Part shown: positions 26,817-36,271 of the stretch, piece after piece | Layout: each line of letters starts with the position of its first letter | Position numbering within the stretch: position 1 is the stretch's first letter | NCBI GenBank assembly: GCA_003235555.1 | Contig: QJVY01000092.1 | Coordinates: 17,257 to 81,256, forward strand | Reading direction: 5' to 3' | DNA length: 64,000 nucleotides | From: Ignavibacteria bacterium | Lineage (GTDB): Bacteria; Bacteroidota; Ignavibacteria; UBA10030; SZUA-254 | Notes under the pieces: model-generated | What the model saw: only the letters and a program-made list of their open reading frames with translations | The model's database searches: none | What the model was told of the DNA's origin: nothing | Program-made: the position numbers and the translations under genes

Positions 26817-29039
26817 TCACGACCTCCACAAGTAGGACATTTTCAGGAAGAGGCCTCTGCGCATTTCCAGGAACCGGTCGCTGTCGACGTACTGCGCACC
26901 GTCCCACCGGAGTTTTTCATAGACCGATCCGTACCCCAGGTAGATCACCGTGCCCGGGATGTAGGTGAACGACGCCAGGAATTCCGTGTTCAGGCTTTTC
27001 CGGAAATCATTGTACTCGCCGATTCCGCGGAAGAAGAGATACTGGTTCACCTGGTAGGTGAGCCGGAGGCGCGTGATCATGTAGTCGTAGAGCTTCTCGC
27101 CGCCCGCGTCGCGGTAAAAATCGGAATAGGTGAAGCTGACGTCGGAGCGGAGATTGTCCAGCGGGTCGATGGTAACCGACGCGCTGAGTGCGTTGCTCTT
27201 CCCCTGCTCCGGAGTCTCGTAGAAGATCGAGCGGATTCGCCGGTGGACGATGTTGACGAACAACCGTTTTGAGATCTGCGACCGGATCTGCGTGTGGATG
27301 CCGCTGGTCTGGAACCTCTGCCCCCCGAAGATCTCCGTGGAGTAATTGAGGCGCGTCCTGAACAGCCAGTTCCCGCCGAAGAAGAAATTGACCGCGGCGT
27401 CGTTACCGGTTTCCCAGAGCCCGCTCGGCCGGTCCTTCGTATGCGAGGAAGTGAATTCGAACCCGATTTTCTGTATAAAATCGGTCTCGGGAAAGATCCT
27501 GGGATTCAGATACCCGGCGATGTTCACCAGGTTCGTCCGCGTGAGGAACCCCATGTCGGCCCTGAAATTCTCCGAAACCTCCCGGACGGATGCGCTGTAG
27601 GTCAGGTCGCGCGTGTCGCGCATGAAATCCAGGCCCACCGTGTGCCCGTTCATCGTCTCCGCGGAGGGCCCGTCCTTCGCCGTGGAGATGAAACCGTTGC
27701 CCGACAGCACTGCCGCGTCCGAGACGCGCACCATCTCGTCAAAGCCGAACACGCGGTTGTTCGCGTGCTCGAGCTCCCTCCCGGTGTACAGCAGCCCCAC
27801 GTAGCTGTCGTCGGAGAGGGACCGTTTGTAGCGGACGACGGGCGTGTGCACGTACCGTCCCAGGGCCGGCCTGTCCGGTTCGAGCACATTGTCCAGGGCG
27901 TAGAGGACCGCGACGGTGTTCGCCCCTCCGATCTTGCCGGTCACCTTCGTCCCGACGACCGGGTCCGCGATCGTACGGGAATAAAAAATCAGCGGATCAT
28001 ACGAGCCGGACGAGGCGGCAGTGTTGTAGTTGTCTTTTCCTTCCAGGAAGAACGGCCTCTTCTCCGAATAGAAGAGGCTGTACCGGAGGTTGATGTCCAC
28101 CTGGCCCGCGTCGGATTCCACCTGGCTGAAGTCGGGGTTGAGCGTCCCGTCCAGTATCAGGTCCGAGGTGAGGCCGTATTTTCCCGTGAGGCTGACCTCC
28201 CCTTCCTGTTTGTCGCGGACAAGGTTGGTTCCCCGCCGGACGTCCTGGCGCGTGGCAGTCACCGCCGGGAGGAGTTCATAGAGCGTGTAGTGTTCGATGC
28301 CATCGTACCGGACGGGCGTCATCTGCGTCAGGAGGGCGAACCCCTTCGCCGGATCGAGCCGCGGGACGGAACTGTGCTCGCTGCGCCGGCTGATGTACCT
28401 CTCGAGGATCACACCCATGTACGTCGGGTCACCGTCCCGGTATCGCAGGCTCTTGAAGGGAAGGCGCACCTCCACGGTGAAGCCGATCGAATCGATCTTC
28501 CCCGCGCTGTACCAGACGAAATCGGGTGAAAAATCCTCGTTGCCCGCCGCGAATCGGCTGTCCCCCTGGATCCCGAGCGGGTTGACGTAGAAGGCGTTCA
28601 GACCCTGCTGGTCGTTGAAGGGGTCCAGGTTGATGCAGATGAAATCGTCCGACAGCATCTTGTCCCGGGCCGAAACAGACGCCTTGATCTGGGAGATGTC
28701 ATCGTAGCATCGGAACGCGAAATAGATATTCTCCCGATCGTAGGCGAGCGCGACCTCGGTCTGCTCCTTCGGGACGATATCGAAGTCGGGGATGAACGTC
28801 TTGAAACCGGTGAGGCTCGGGGCGGTTTTCCAGAACGCTTCGTCGAACACGCCGTCGATGACGGGCGGCGTCGACGTGAAGACCGGGACGAGCGTGTCCG
28901 TGCTTGCCGGCGCGGGAGCGAAGGGGGAGGATCCCGGGCCTGGTACACCGGCCTCGGTCCTTCCGAATGAGGTGAGCAGGAGAAGCAGGCACAAAACGGA
29001 GACTGTTGAGCGGATGTCGGCGGCGGCGATGGAGGTCAT
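26817..29039 (-). CDS. Large secreted, outer-membrane-associated protein with an N-terminal CBM9-like domain (DUF5916-like).
   Basis: Signal peptide. The VIDGVFDEAFWK motif is typical of the CBM9/DUF5916 N-terminus. 740 aa with beta-rich composition. Family assignment is tentative. Confidence 0.4.
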   Translation of the reverse strand: MTSIAAADIRSTVSVLCLLLLLTSFGRTEAGVPGPGSSPFAPAPASTDTLVPVFTSTPPVIDGVFDEAFWKTAPSLTGFKTFIPDFDIVPKEQTEVALAYDRENIYFAFRCYDDISQIKASVSARDKMLSDDFICINLDPFNDQQGLNAFYVNPLGIQGDSRFAAGNEDFSPDFVWYSAGKIDSIGFTVEVRLPFKSLRYRDGDPTYMGVILERYISRRSEHSSVPRLDPAKGFALLTQMTPVRYDGIEHYTLYELLPAVTATRQDVRRGTNLVRDKQEGEVSLTGKYGLTSDLILDGTLNPDFSQVESDAGQVDINLRYSLFYSEKRPFFLEGKDNYNTAASSGSYDPLIFYSRTIADPVVGTKVTGKIGGANTVAVLYALDNVLEPDRPALGRYVHTPVVRYKRSLSDDSYVGLLYTGRELEHANNRVFGFDEMVRVSDAAVLSGNGFISTAKDGPSAETMNGHTVGLDFMRDTRDLTYSASVREVSENFRADMGFLTRTNLVNIAGYLNPRIFPETDFIQKIGFEFTSSHTKDRPSGLWETGNDAAVNFFFGGNWLFRTRLNYSTEIFGGQRFQTSGIHTQIRSQISKRLFVNIVHRRIRSIFYETPEQGKSNALSASVTIDPLDNLRSDVSFTYSDFYRDAGGEKLYDYMITRLRLTYQVNQYLFFRGIGEYNDFRKSLNTEFLASFTYIPGTVIYLGYGSVYEKLRWDGAQYVDSDRFLEMRRGLFLKMSYLWRS

Positions 29040-29164
29040 CGGGAGGAACCCTGAGTAAAAATCTGTAAAAATTATATAAATCCTGATACGGCTGGAAATC
29101 AGCGGAGTTTCATTCGGAAGGGGGGGACAGGAGAATTCTGCACTCCCGGACGGATTGGACCCTC

Positions 29165-30217
29165 TCAGGATCGTCGATTCACGGTTTCATGGTCAATGAG
29201 CCATTTTTTTCGCCAGACTCCCCCCCCGTAGCCGGAAAGGGACCCGTCCGACCTGATGACCCGGTGGCAGGGAATCACGATGGCCAGGTAATTCCGCCCG
29301 TTGGCCTGTGCCACCGCGCGGACCGCCTTCGGATCCCCCGACTTCACTGCGAGTTTCGCGTACGACCAGGTGGTGCCGTGGGGAATTTTCCGCAGGTTGG
29401 ACCAGACCCGTTTGTCGAACGGCGAACCGCCCGGCAGGAGCGGAACGGTGAAGGCGTTCAGTTTTCCCTCGAAGTACGATGCGAGCTCCCGGGTGATCGT
29501 GTCGAGGTGCGGGTTCTCCCCCGGGACGATGACGCATTTCATCCGCCGCCGGAGCGTCCCGATCGCGCGTTCGAGTCCGCGCCGGTCCACGAAATCCAGC
29601 AGGCAGACACCATCGTCGTTCGCCACCGCGAGCATCGCCCCCAGGGGGGTATCGATCCATCTGGCGGCGAGGACCCCCACCCCGTTCGCGGCCCCGGGCC
29701 GCTCACCAAAAATCTTCCTGAACGCCCGCCAGAAACCGCTCGCCGATTCGTACCCCTGGTTCAGCTGCGCCCCGATGACGCTTTCACCCCCCCGGACCTC
29801 CCGCAGCGCCCGCCCCATCCTGCGCGCACGGTGGTACGCGTGGAACGTCATACCGTAATACCTCTTGAACTGCCTGCGGGCCGTGGACGGATCGATTCCC
29901 CGCTCAAGGAGTGCCGCGTCGGTCAGCCTTCCGTCGGGCAGGGCCTCGATGGTCCGACGGAGCGTCTTCACCAGCGGCGGGGGATCCACGCGCGATTCCA
30001 GCGGTTTGCACCTCTCGCACGGCCGGTAACCCGCGAAGAGGGCGTCGCGCGAGGTCGGGAAATATTCGACGTTCGCCGGCTTGGGTTTTTTGGCCCCGCA
30101 GGTCGGCCTGCAGAAGATCGAGGTGGTTTTCACCCCGGCGTAGAACACACCCTCGAAAGAGGAATCCCTCTTCACGAGGGCGTTGTACATCGTTTTTGTC
30201 GATGGCAGAGTTGTCAT
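29165..30217 (-). CDS. ada: Bifunctional Ada: methylphosphotriester-DNA methyltransferase / AraC-type regulator fused to O6-methylguanine-DNA methyltransferase.
   Basis: N-terminal Ada Zn-binding domain (FCRPTCGAKKP..CERC), AraC HTH, and C-terminal MGMT with the PCHRV active site. Confidence 0.8.
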   Translation of the reverse strand: MTTLPSTKTMYNALVKRDSSFEGVFYAGVKTTSIFCRPTCGAKKPKPANVEYFPTSRDALFAGYRPCERCKPLESRVDPPPLVKTLRRTIEALPDGRLTDAALLERGIDPSTARRQFKRYYGMTFHAYHRARRMGRALREVRGGESVIGAQLNQGYESASGFWRAFRKIFGERPGAANGVGVLAARWIDTPLGAMLAVANDDGVCLLDFVDRRGLERAIGTLRRRMKCVIVPGENPHLDTITRELASYFEGKLNAFTVPLLPGGSPFDKRVWSNLRKIPHGTTWSYAKLAVKSGDPKAVRAVAQANGRNYLAIVIPCHRVIRSDGSLSGYGGGVWRKKWLIDHETVNRRS

Positions 30218-30297
30218 GGCTTCATTCCCGCAATGTCGTTCACGGGAAAAAGATACGGACTCCCCCGGAGCCGTGCATTCGAAAAACGGGCGGTGAA

Positions 30298-31029
30298 TTA
30301 CAACACTTTCGCGAGCACCTTCGTGAGGCCGACCTGAATCTGCCAGTCCGCCGCGTCATCGCTCAGGCCGATGAAGAACGCAGCGTCCACCACGAAATCC
30401 CTGGAGACCGAAAACAACACTCCGGCGTCGAAATAGAACGGGGAGTAATTACTGGCGGATTCACCGTAAAACTCTCCGTAGACGCTCACCGGCGACGGCA
30501 TGACCGGCGCGAACGCGACGGCGTAGACGAGGGAGGTCGTGCCGCTCCAGGTGGTGAATCCGAACGTCCCGTCGAACTGGCCGAAAAACGGGGTCAGGGT
30601 GGGAACGGCGGTGGCGGTGAACCGGGTGCCGCCGTCGGCAAAGTCCAGCCGTGCCACGCCTGCGACCGCCGTGTTGCCTTCGTTCATGAACTGATATTTC
30701 GCCTGGATCCCCGGGTCACCGATCTCCGTCGAGGTCACTCCCTTCGATGTATGGTTGATCAGTCCCGACATGAGGAAACCGAACTCGAAGTTGTGGACGA
30801 GCGAGGCCTTCACGAGCGTCGGGATCGAATAGAATCCGTCGCTCAGGAGCAATCCGGTTTCGACTTCGAGGTATCCGGGGGCGGTCAGGAACGCGTTGTC
30901 CGCCGCCGAGGGGCGCGTGGGGTTGGCGGCCGGGAGGCCGCCGCCGGCATTGTCATCCGTCCGGTCCTGCCCGGCTGCCGGCAGGGAGATCACGAAAAGT
31001 GTTGCAAGAACGGGGAAGAATTTTCTCAT
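30298..31029 (-). CDS. Putative outer-membrane beta-barrel protein (hypothetical).
   Basis: Signal peptide MRKFFPVLATLFVISLPAAGQ and a beta-strand pattern ending in aromatic residues. Start taken at the internal Met; the ORF track lists 31095. Confidence 0.35.
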   Translation of the reverse strand: MRKFFPVLATLFVISLPAAGQDRTDDNAGGGLPAANPTRPSAADNAFLTAPGYLEVETGLLLSDGFYSIPTLVKASLVHNFEFGFLMSGLINHTSKGVTSTEIGDPGIQAKYQFMNEGNTAVAGVARLDFADGGTRFTATAVPTLTPFFGQFDGTFGFTTWSGTTSLVYAVAFAPVMPSPVSVYGEFYGESASNYSPFYFDAGVLFSVSRDFVVDAAFFIGLSDDAADWQIQVGLTKVLAKVL

Positions 31030-31062
31030 ACGGTTCGAATTTTTGGTTGAATGATACCGTAA

Positions 31063-31102
31063 ATATAACAAAAAACGGGGAGGATGTACCCGCACACCCC
31101 CG
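31063..31102 (-). terminator. Candidate intrinsic terminator of the BNR-repeat gene.
   Basis: Minus-sense CGGGGGUGUGCGGGUACAUCCUCCCCG hairpin followed by UUUUUUGUUAUAUUU. The stem is short. Confidence 0.35.
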
Positions 31103-31126
31103 AAAATACCTGCCGCAGTGCGCCGG

Positions 31127-34100
31127 CTATCGTAACAGCATCATCTTCCTGACGTCGACTGTCCCCGCGTGGGTCAGTCGGAGAATGTACAATCCGCTCG
31201 GCAGCCCGGTGCCGTCGAATGTCAGCGAGTGCGTACCGGCCGCCTGGGTTTCGTCCACGAGGACGGCCACCCGCCGCCCCGCGGTGTTGAAGACTGTGAG
31301 CCCCACCCGCCCTGTCCGCGGAATTTCGTATGCGATCCGCGTCGCGGGGTTGAACGGGTTCGGGTAGTTCTGCGACAATCCGAAACCCCCGGGTACAGAC
31401 GGACCCCCCGGAGCCTCGTCCGGACGCGGGGGCGGCGGGGGCAGTTCGGACGTGTGCGTGATCCGTATCCGGTTCAACGGCGTCGCGCCGGCTCCCCCTT
31501 CCAGGGTGAGTGTTCCCGCCGAATCCACCTTCACCCAGTAGGCCTCCCCCGGCCGGACGGTGTCCGAGGGGAGATACCCTCCCGAGTACCCGTAGAACTG
31601 ACTCGTTACCATGCCGGCGGGATCGGAGGTGATCGAACCGGCCGGCACGGGGGTCGTCATCGAACCGATGATGTTCCAGCCCGCCTCCACGGTGATGGTT
31701 ATCTCGATGATTTCCGTCCCGTCCAGCGTTCGGGGGGAGACCGGCACGTCCGGGAACTTCGCCCAGTATCCCCTCCCGGGAAGGAGGGAATCCCCGGGAG
31801 CGTACGAACCGCCCGTGTAGGCATATGCCGGTGAAACCGCGTCGGGAAAATTGGTTGAAAGCCTGGGATCGCCGAGCGTCACCGGGTTCGAGATCAGGTT
31901 CCATCTGGCGTGTACCTCCACGTCCACCGTCCCGGGGCCGATGACCGGCAGGCTCGTCGTGTACACCGACCTCCCGTGCGTGAAGGCGGCGAGGGTCCGC
32001 GACCCCGCGTGGATGTCGATGTCGTGCACCGTCACCCCCGGAAGGTCGTCGCCAAACTCTGTCCAGGTGGCTCCGAGGTCGGTGGTCCGCATCACGTTCA
32101 GGTCGGAGGCCACGTAGAGCGTGTTCGGATAGAGCGGGTCCACCAGGACGTCGTTCAGCGGAATGTCCGGGAGCCCGCTGCCGATATCGGTCCAGGAGGC
32201 GCCGTAGTCCGTCGTGCGGTAAATATGCCCCTGGTCGTCGTACTCCCTGAACCCGGAGAGCGTCACGTAGGCCACGTTCGCGCTCTCCGGGTCCGCGGTC
32301 ACCCGGGACACCCACCGCAGCGGCAGCCCACTGTCAATTTCCGTCCAGCCGCCGCCCCCGTCGGTGGTCACCCAGACGCGCCCGTCCCCGGTGCCGGCGT
32401 AGACCACGTTCGAATCGGTGCGGGAGACGTCGATTGTCGACATCGTGCTGTAGAAACCCGGGAGGCCGTAGGTGAGTGTCGGGGATATTTTCGTCCACGA
32501 CTGCATGTTGTTCGTCGTGCGGTAGACGGCGTTCGTGCCCGTGTAGAGCGTCTTCGGGTGCTGCAGGTCCATGGCGATGGGGGTCTGCCAGTTCACCGGT
32601 TCGGCGAAGTTGATCCCCGTCGTGCCGTTGCTGAACGATGCGCCGCCGTTCGTGGAATAGAGCAGGCCGGCGTTCTGGTATTCGGCGTAGATGTAATTCG
32701 AGTCGGTCGGATCGACGAGGCAGTTGAACCCGTCTCCGCCGGCGATGATGCCCCAGTCGTCGGGGACGCTCGTGTGGGTCCGCGAGGTGGAATTGTCCTG
32801 TGCCCCGCCGAGAAGGTGGTACTCGTTCTGCGGCGCGATCGTGCCTGCGTAGAACTGCGTGACGGGCAGGTTCGGACACTTCACCCAGGTCAGCCCGCCG
32901 TTCGTCGAGGTGAACACACCCCCGTCATTTCCGAAAACCATTTTGGCCGTGTCCGAGGGGGCGTATTCGATAACGTGGTGGTCCACGTGATAGCTCCCGC
33001 CGATTCCCGCGTGACCGAAGGTGGCCCCGTCGAACGATTTGTACATCGATGTCATTCCCACCCAGAGGCGGTTGGGATCGTCGGGGTGAATCCTGAGGAT
33101 ATTGTTGTACCAGACCTGCCCTTCCGAAAACCCCCCGCTGTTGTCGTACACTTTCGACCAGTTGAAGCCGTGGTCGAAGCTTTTATAGACGCCGTCCCAG
33201 TTGTAGCCGCCGCCGCCCGCGACGCTCGCGTAGACGACCGCGTTGTCACTCTTCGACCAGTCGATGGAGATCGACCCGATGTCGGGGTCGTTGAACGGAA
33301 AACCGCCCGTCACCTGGATCCAGAGCGCCCCCCCGTTCGTTGTCATGTACAGACCGCTCCCCGGACCGGAACGGGAGACCGTCGGGAGGGTTCTGTAGTA
33401 TGTGAATGTCGCCGCCAGGACACGCGCGGTGTCGCTCGGGTCGATCAGGATGTCCGAGGCGCCGGTGGTATCGTCGACCTGGAGAATTTGCGTCCACGAT
33501 CCCCCGGCGTCCGTCGATTTATACACCCCCTTGTCGGTGTTCTTGCTCCTGTAGAGGCCGAACGCCGCCACGTAGATGGTGGAGGGATTGAGCGGGTTGA
33601 CGGCGATCTTCGCGATATGCCCGGTCTCCTCCAGTCCGAGGTTCGTCCACGTGGCGCCCGCGTCGGTCGACCTCCAGATACCGTTCCCGGGGTAGGTGTC
33701 GACGCTGCTCGGGTTCGATTCGCCGGTCCCGACGTAGATCGTCGAAGGATCCGCCGGGTCGAAGGCCAGCGCTCCGCTCGAAAAACTTTCGTTGAAGACG
33801 TTGGCCCACGTCAGGCCGAAATCGGTCGATTTCCACACCCCGCCCGATGCGGCGGCGGCGTATAGGATATCTGGATCGGTTGGGTGGATGAGCACCGCCG
33901 TGATCCGCCCGCCGATGTTCGTCGGCCCGACGGATGTCCACGTCGGTGAAGCCGCGGCCTGCGGAACGGCGGTGAGCCGGGTTTTCCGGAACGCAGTCGC
34001 CGAGCGTCGGATTTTGGAGGCCACCCGGTCCGGCAGGGACATCTGCGGGTACGCCCGCCGGGCGAAAAACCAGTCGTCTTCGGGCTGGGCGCCTCCCGCG

Positions 34101-34225
34101 GCCAATTCCGCCCGGACCTTCGCGAGCGCCGCGAGGCGGTCATGACGCGGGTGGTGCCGTTGCGTCTGGAGGAAGAACGCCAGGAACAACACGAGGGGCG
34201 CAACGGGCTGGTAGACGAATTTCAT
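31127..34225 (-). CDS. BNR/Asp-box repeat beta-propeller protein (sortilin/GH74-like) with T9SS C-terminal sorting domain.
   Basis: Many S-x-D-x-G-x-T-W repeats (WKSTDFGLTW, WRSTDAGATW, YKSTDAGGSW...). C-terminal LSQNYPNPFNPATRIAYEIP...VRKMMLLR Por CTD. 1032 aa. Confidence 0.75.
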   Translation of the reverse strand: MKFVYQPVAPLVLFLAFFLQTQRHHPRHDRLAALAKVRAELAAGGAQPEDDWFFARRAYPQMSLPDRVASKIRRSATAFRKTRLTAVPQAAASPTWTSVGPTNIGGRITAVLIHPTDPDILYAAAASGGVWKSTDFGLTWANVFNESFSSGALAFDPADPSTIYVGTGESNPSSVDTYPGNGIWRSTDAGATWTNLGLEETGHIAKIAVNPLNPSTIYVAAFGLYRSKNTDKGVYKSTDAGGSWTQILQVDDTTGASDILIDPSDTARVLAATFTYYRTLPTVSRSGPGSGLYMTTNGGALWIQVTGGFPFNDPDIGSISIDWSKSDNAVVYASVAGGGGYNWDGVYKSFDHGFNWSKVYDNSGGFSEGQVWYNNILRIHPDDPNRLWVGMTSMYKSFDGATFGHAGIGGSYHVDHHVIEYAPSDTAKMVFGNDGGVFTSTNGGLTWVKCPNLPVTQFYAGTIAPQNEYHLLGGAQDNSTSRTHTSVPDDWGIIAGGDGFNCLVDPTDSNYIYAEYQNAGLLYSTNGGASFSNGTTGINFAEPVNWQTPIAMDLQHPKTLYTGTNAVYRTTNNMQSWTKISPTLTYGLPGFYSTMSTIDVSRTDSNVVYAGTGDGRVWVTTDGGGGWTEIDSGLPLRWVSRVTADPESANVAYVTLSGFREYDDQGHIYRTTDYGASWTDIGSGLPDIPLNDVLVDPLYPNTLYVASDLNVMRTTDLGATWTEFGDDLPGVTVHDIDIHAGSRTLAAFTHGRSVYTTSLPVIGPGTVDVEVHARWNLISNPVTLGDPRLSTNFPDAVSPAYAYTGGSYAPGDSLLPGRGYWAKFPDVPVSPRTLDGTEIIEITITVEAGWNIIGSMTTPVPAGSITSDPAGMVTSQFYGYSGGYLPSDTVRPGEAYWVKVDSAGTLTLEGGAGATPLNRIRITHTSELPPPPPRPDEAPGGPSVPGGFGLSQNYPNPFNPATRIAYEIPRTGRVGLTVFNTAGRRVAVLVDETQAAGTHSLTFDGTGLPSGLYILRLTHAGTVDVRKMMLLR

Positions 34226-34348
34226 CTCTTCGAACGCGCTGGTGAGGTGACGGATCCGGAATCATGAAATCCCGGCGTGGCAGAAGGAAAGGTAGGTAAA
34301 GGGAGGATAACCATCAAGCGTTTGGAGGGGCCCGCGGCTCCGGCTCCC

Positions 34349-36271
34349 TCATTTCAGCAGCACGAGCCTCCTCGTTTCCGTGTCGTCCCCGGCCTGCAGC
34401 CGGTAAAAGTAGACGCCCCCGGCGAGGCCGCCGGCGTCCCAGCGAAGGGCATGGTTTCCGGCGGGAAGTCTCGCGGAGACCAGCGTACTCACTTCCCTCC
34501 CCAGCATGTCGTAGATTTTCAGCGTGACGTCGGCCGGCGACCCGATCCGGAAGGAGATCGTCGTGACGGGGTTGAACGGGTTGGGATAGTTCTGTCCGAG
34601 GGCAAACCCTCCCGGCAGGGATTCGTCACGGACGGCCGTCGTGAGGGACGGGCCGGTGACCGGCAGTTCGATCCACGACGGCCCGCCGGGCGAGGAAAGC
34701 ACTTCGGAGTGCGACGACAGGAAATACGGGATCGTGTTGGCCTGGTCCGGCTGGAGGAGGTCGAACGACGTGACTTCCACGCCGATGCGGTGCCCCGCGG
34801 GAACGAAATGCGACAGCGCCCTTCCTTCGATGTCGATCGTGCGGATCTCCCCCGGGACGTTGTCACGGACACCGTTGATGGCCCGGCTCATGAGGTTCCA
34901 GGCGTACCCGGTGTCCTGCCATGAAACGTCATAGTACCGGACGTGGGCCTGGAATTTTGCGGCGTCGCTCCTGACGTGGATCCTCCCGGTGGGAGTTCCG
35001 GTGATCTCCGCGTCCGCGTCGAGGGGTTCGGACATCAGCCGGACGGGCGCGCTCGTGAACGCCGACATGAACTCCGTCCCGCCGTAGAGGTGCTCCCATG
35101 CGCTGTCGGCGGAGTAGGCGGTGTCGTATTCCAGAGAGAACGGGAGTTCAGAGGAGTCGGACGGCGCGGCCGCGGTGAGGCCGGACGCTGTGAGATAGAA
35201 ACGCGCCATGCTGTGCGGCTGCGGGGGCCAGACGGGTACGGTGTGGAGGGGCCATCCCGGTCTGTCGTCGGCGTAGAGGACCAGCGGAAGGGAGTCGTCG
35301 TCGAGCGAAAAACCCTTGATCCAGTGGTCGAACCACTCGACCGTCTTCTGGAGAAGCGTGAGTGCCTGGGAGTTGTCCAGGGGTTCGCCGTGACCGTTGG
35401 TCCCGAAATAGGACCGGACGGGGACGCCCCGGGCCGCGATCGACTCGCGGGCCCGGATCCCGCCGTTCGCCGGAAAGAGGAAATCGGCCCAGCCGAGCTG
35501 CTGGAACACCGGAATCCGGACGCTGTCGAGCCGCGCCTCGAGGTCGCGGAGGTTGATGTACGCCATCAGTGAGTCGTACTCGTCGGCGATGATCAGCTCG
35601 CGGACCGAGTCGCGGTCGTCGCAGTACCGGACTGACCCGATGCTCAGCTCGCGGGGAAGGCCGCGGGTGACGCAATTGTTGGGAACGAGGTCGGTCGCGT
35701 AGCTCGGCGTGCCGATGATCGGAACGACGGCCCTGATCCCCGGCATCCGTGCCACGGCCGCCATCCAGGAGTGTATCCCCCCCTGCGAACCGCCCGTCAC
35801 CCCGAGGGCATCGGGATTGATCTGGCTGTAGTTCCGGAAATAATTGATGATCTCGACGAGGTCCTGCTCCTCCCTCGGGCCGCTCACCGTCGAACATCCT
35901 CCGGAGGCCCCCTGCCCCCTCACGCTGTAGGCGAGCGAGGCATACCCGTAGAACGCCGCGGTCTGCGCGATGGACTGCATGTCCCCCCTGCTCCCGCCGT
36001 ACCCGTGGATGAGGATGATGCCGTCGAAGCCTTCCGCCGGCGGTAGTCCGATCGGCTTCATGATCCGCGCCTCGAGGAGGACCCCGTCGCTCATGAGGAC
36101 CTCCACGTCCGTCTGGACCTGGGCGCGAACCCGGCCCGGGAACATCAGCAACAACAGGCAGGCGATCCCCGCCCCGACGGGCATGAGAAACGCGCGGGTC
36201 GTGAGCCTCTTCATGTTCATCTCAACGCCTCCGGGGGGAGATTGGTCGCGGGCGCACAAAACCCGGTTCAC
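34349..36271 (-). CDS. CocE/NonD (S15, X-Pro dipeptidyl-peptidase-like) alpha/beta hydrolase with T9SS C-terminal sorting domain.
   Basis: Alpha/beta-hydrolase nucleophile elbow GGSQGG. C-terminal LGQNYPNPFNPVTTISFRI...RLVLLK CTD. The true start is probably the internal Met (MKRLTTRAF..., around 36217). Confidence 0.7.
   Translation of the reverse strand: MNRVLCARDQSPPGGVEMNMKRLTTRAFLMPVGAGIACLLLLMFPGRVRAQVQTDVEVLMSDGVLLEARIMKPIGLPPAEGFDGIILIHGYGGSRGDMQSIAQTAAFYGYASLAYSVRGQGASGGCSTVSGPREEQDLVEIINYFRNYSQINPDALGVTGGSQGGIHSWMAAVARMPGIRAVVPIIGTPSYATDLVPNNCVTRGLPRELSIGSVRYCDDRDSVRELIIADEYDSLMAYINLRDLEARLDSVRIPVFQQLGWADFLFPANGGIRARESIAARGVPVRSYFGTNGHGEPLDNSQALTLLQKTVEWFDHWIKGFSLDDDSLPLVLYADDRPGWPLHTVPVWPPQPHSMARFYLTASGLTAAAPSDSSELPFSLEYDTAYSADSAWEHLYGGTEFMSAFTSAPVRLMSEPLDADAEITGTPTGRIHVRSDAAKFQAHVRYYDVSWQDTGYAWNLMSRAINGVRDNVPGEIRTIDIEGRALSHFVPAGHRIGVEVTSFDLLQPDQANTIPYFLSSHSEVLSSPGGPSWIELPVTGPSLTTAVRDESLPGGFALGQNYPNPFNPVTTISFRIGSPADVTLKIYDMLGREVSTLVSARLPAGNHALRWDAGGLAGGVYFYRLQAGDDTETRRLVLLK

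Noticed and set aside
31910-33865. 651-aa plus-strand ORF antisense to the BNR propeller gene.
   Set aside because: Antisense artefact. The opposite strand has repeated Asp-box motifs and a T9SS CTD.
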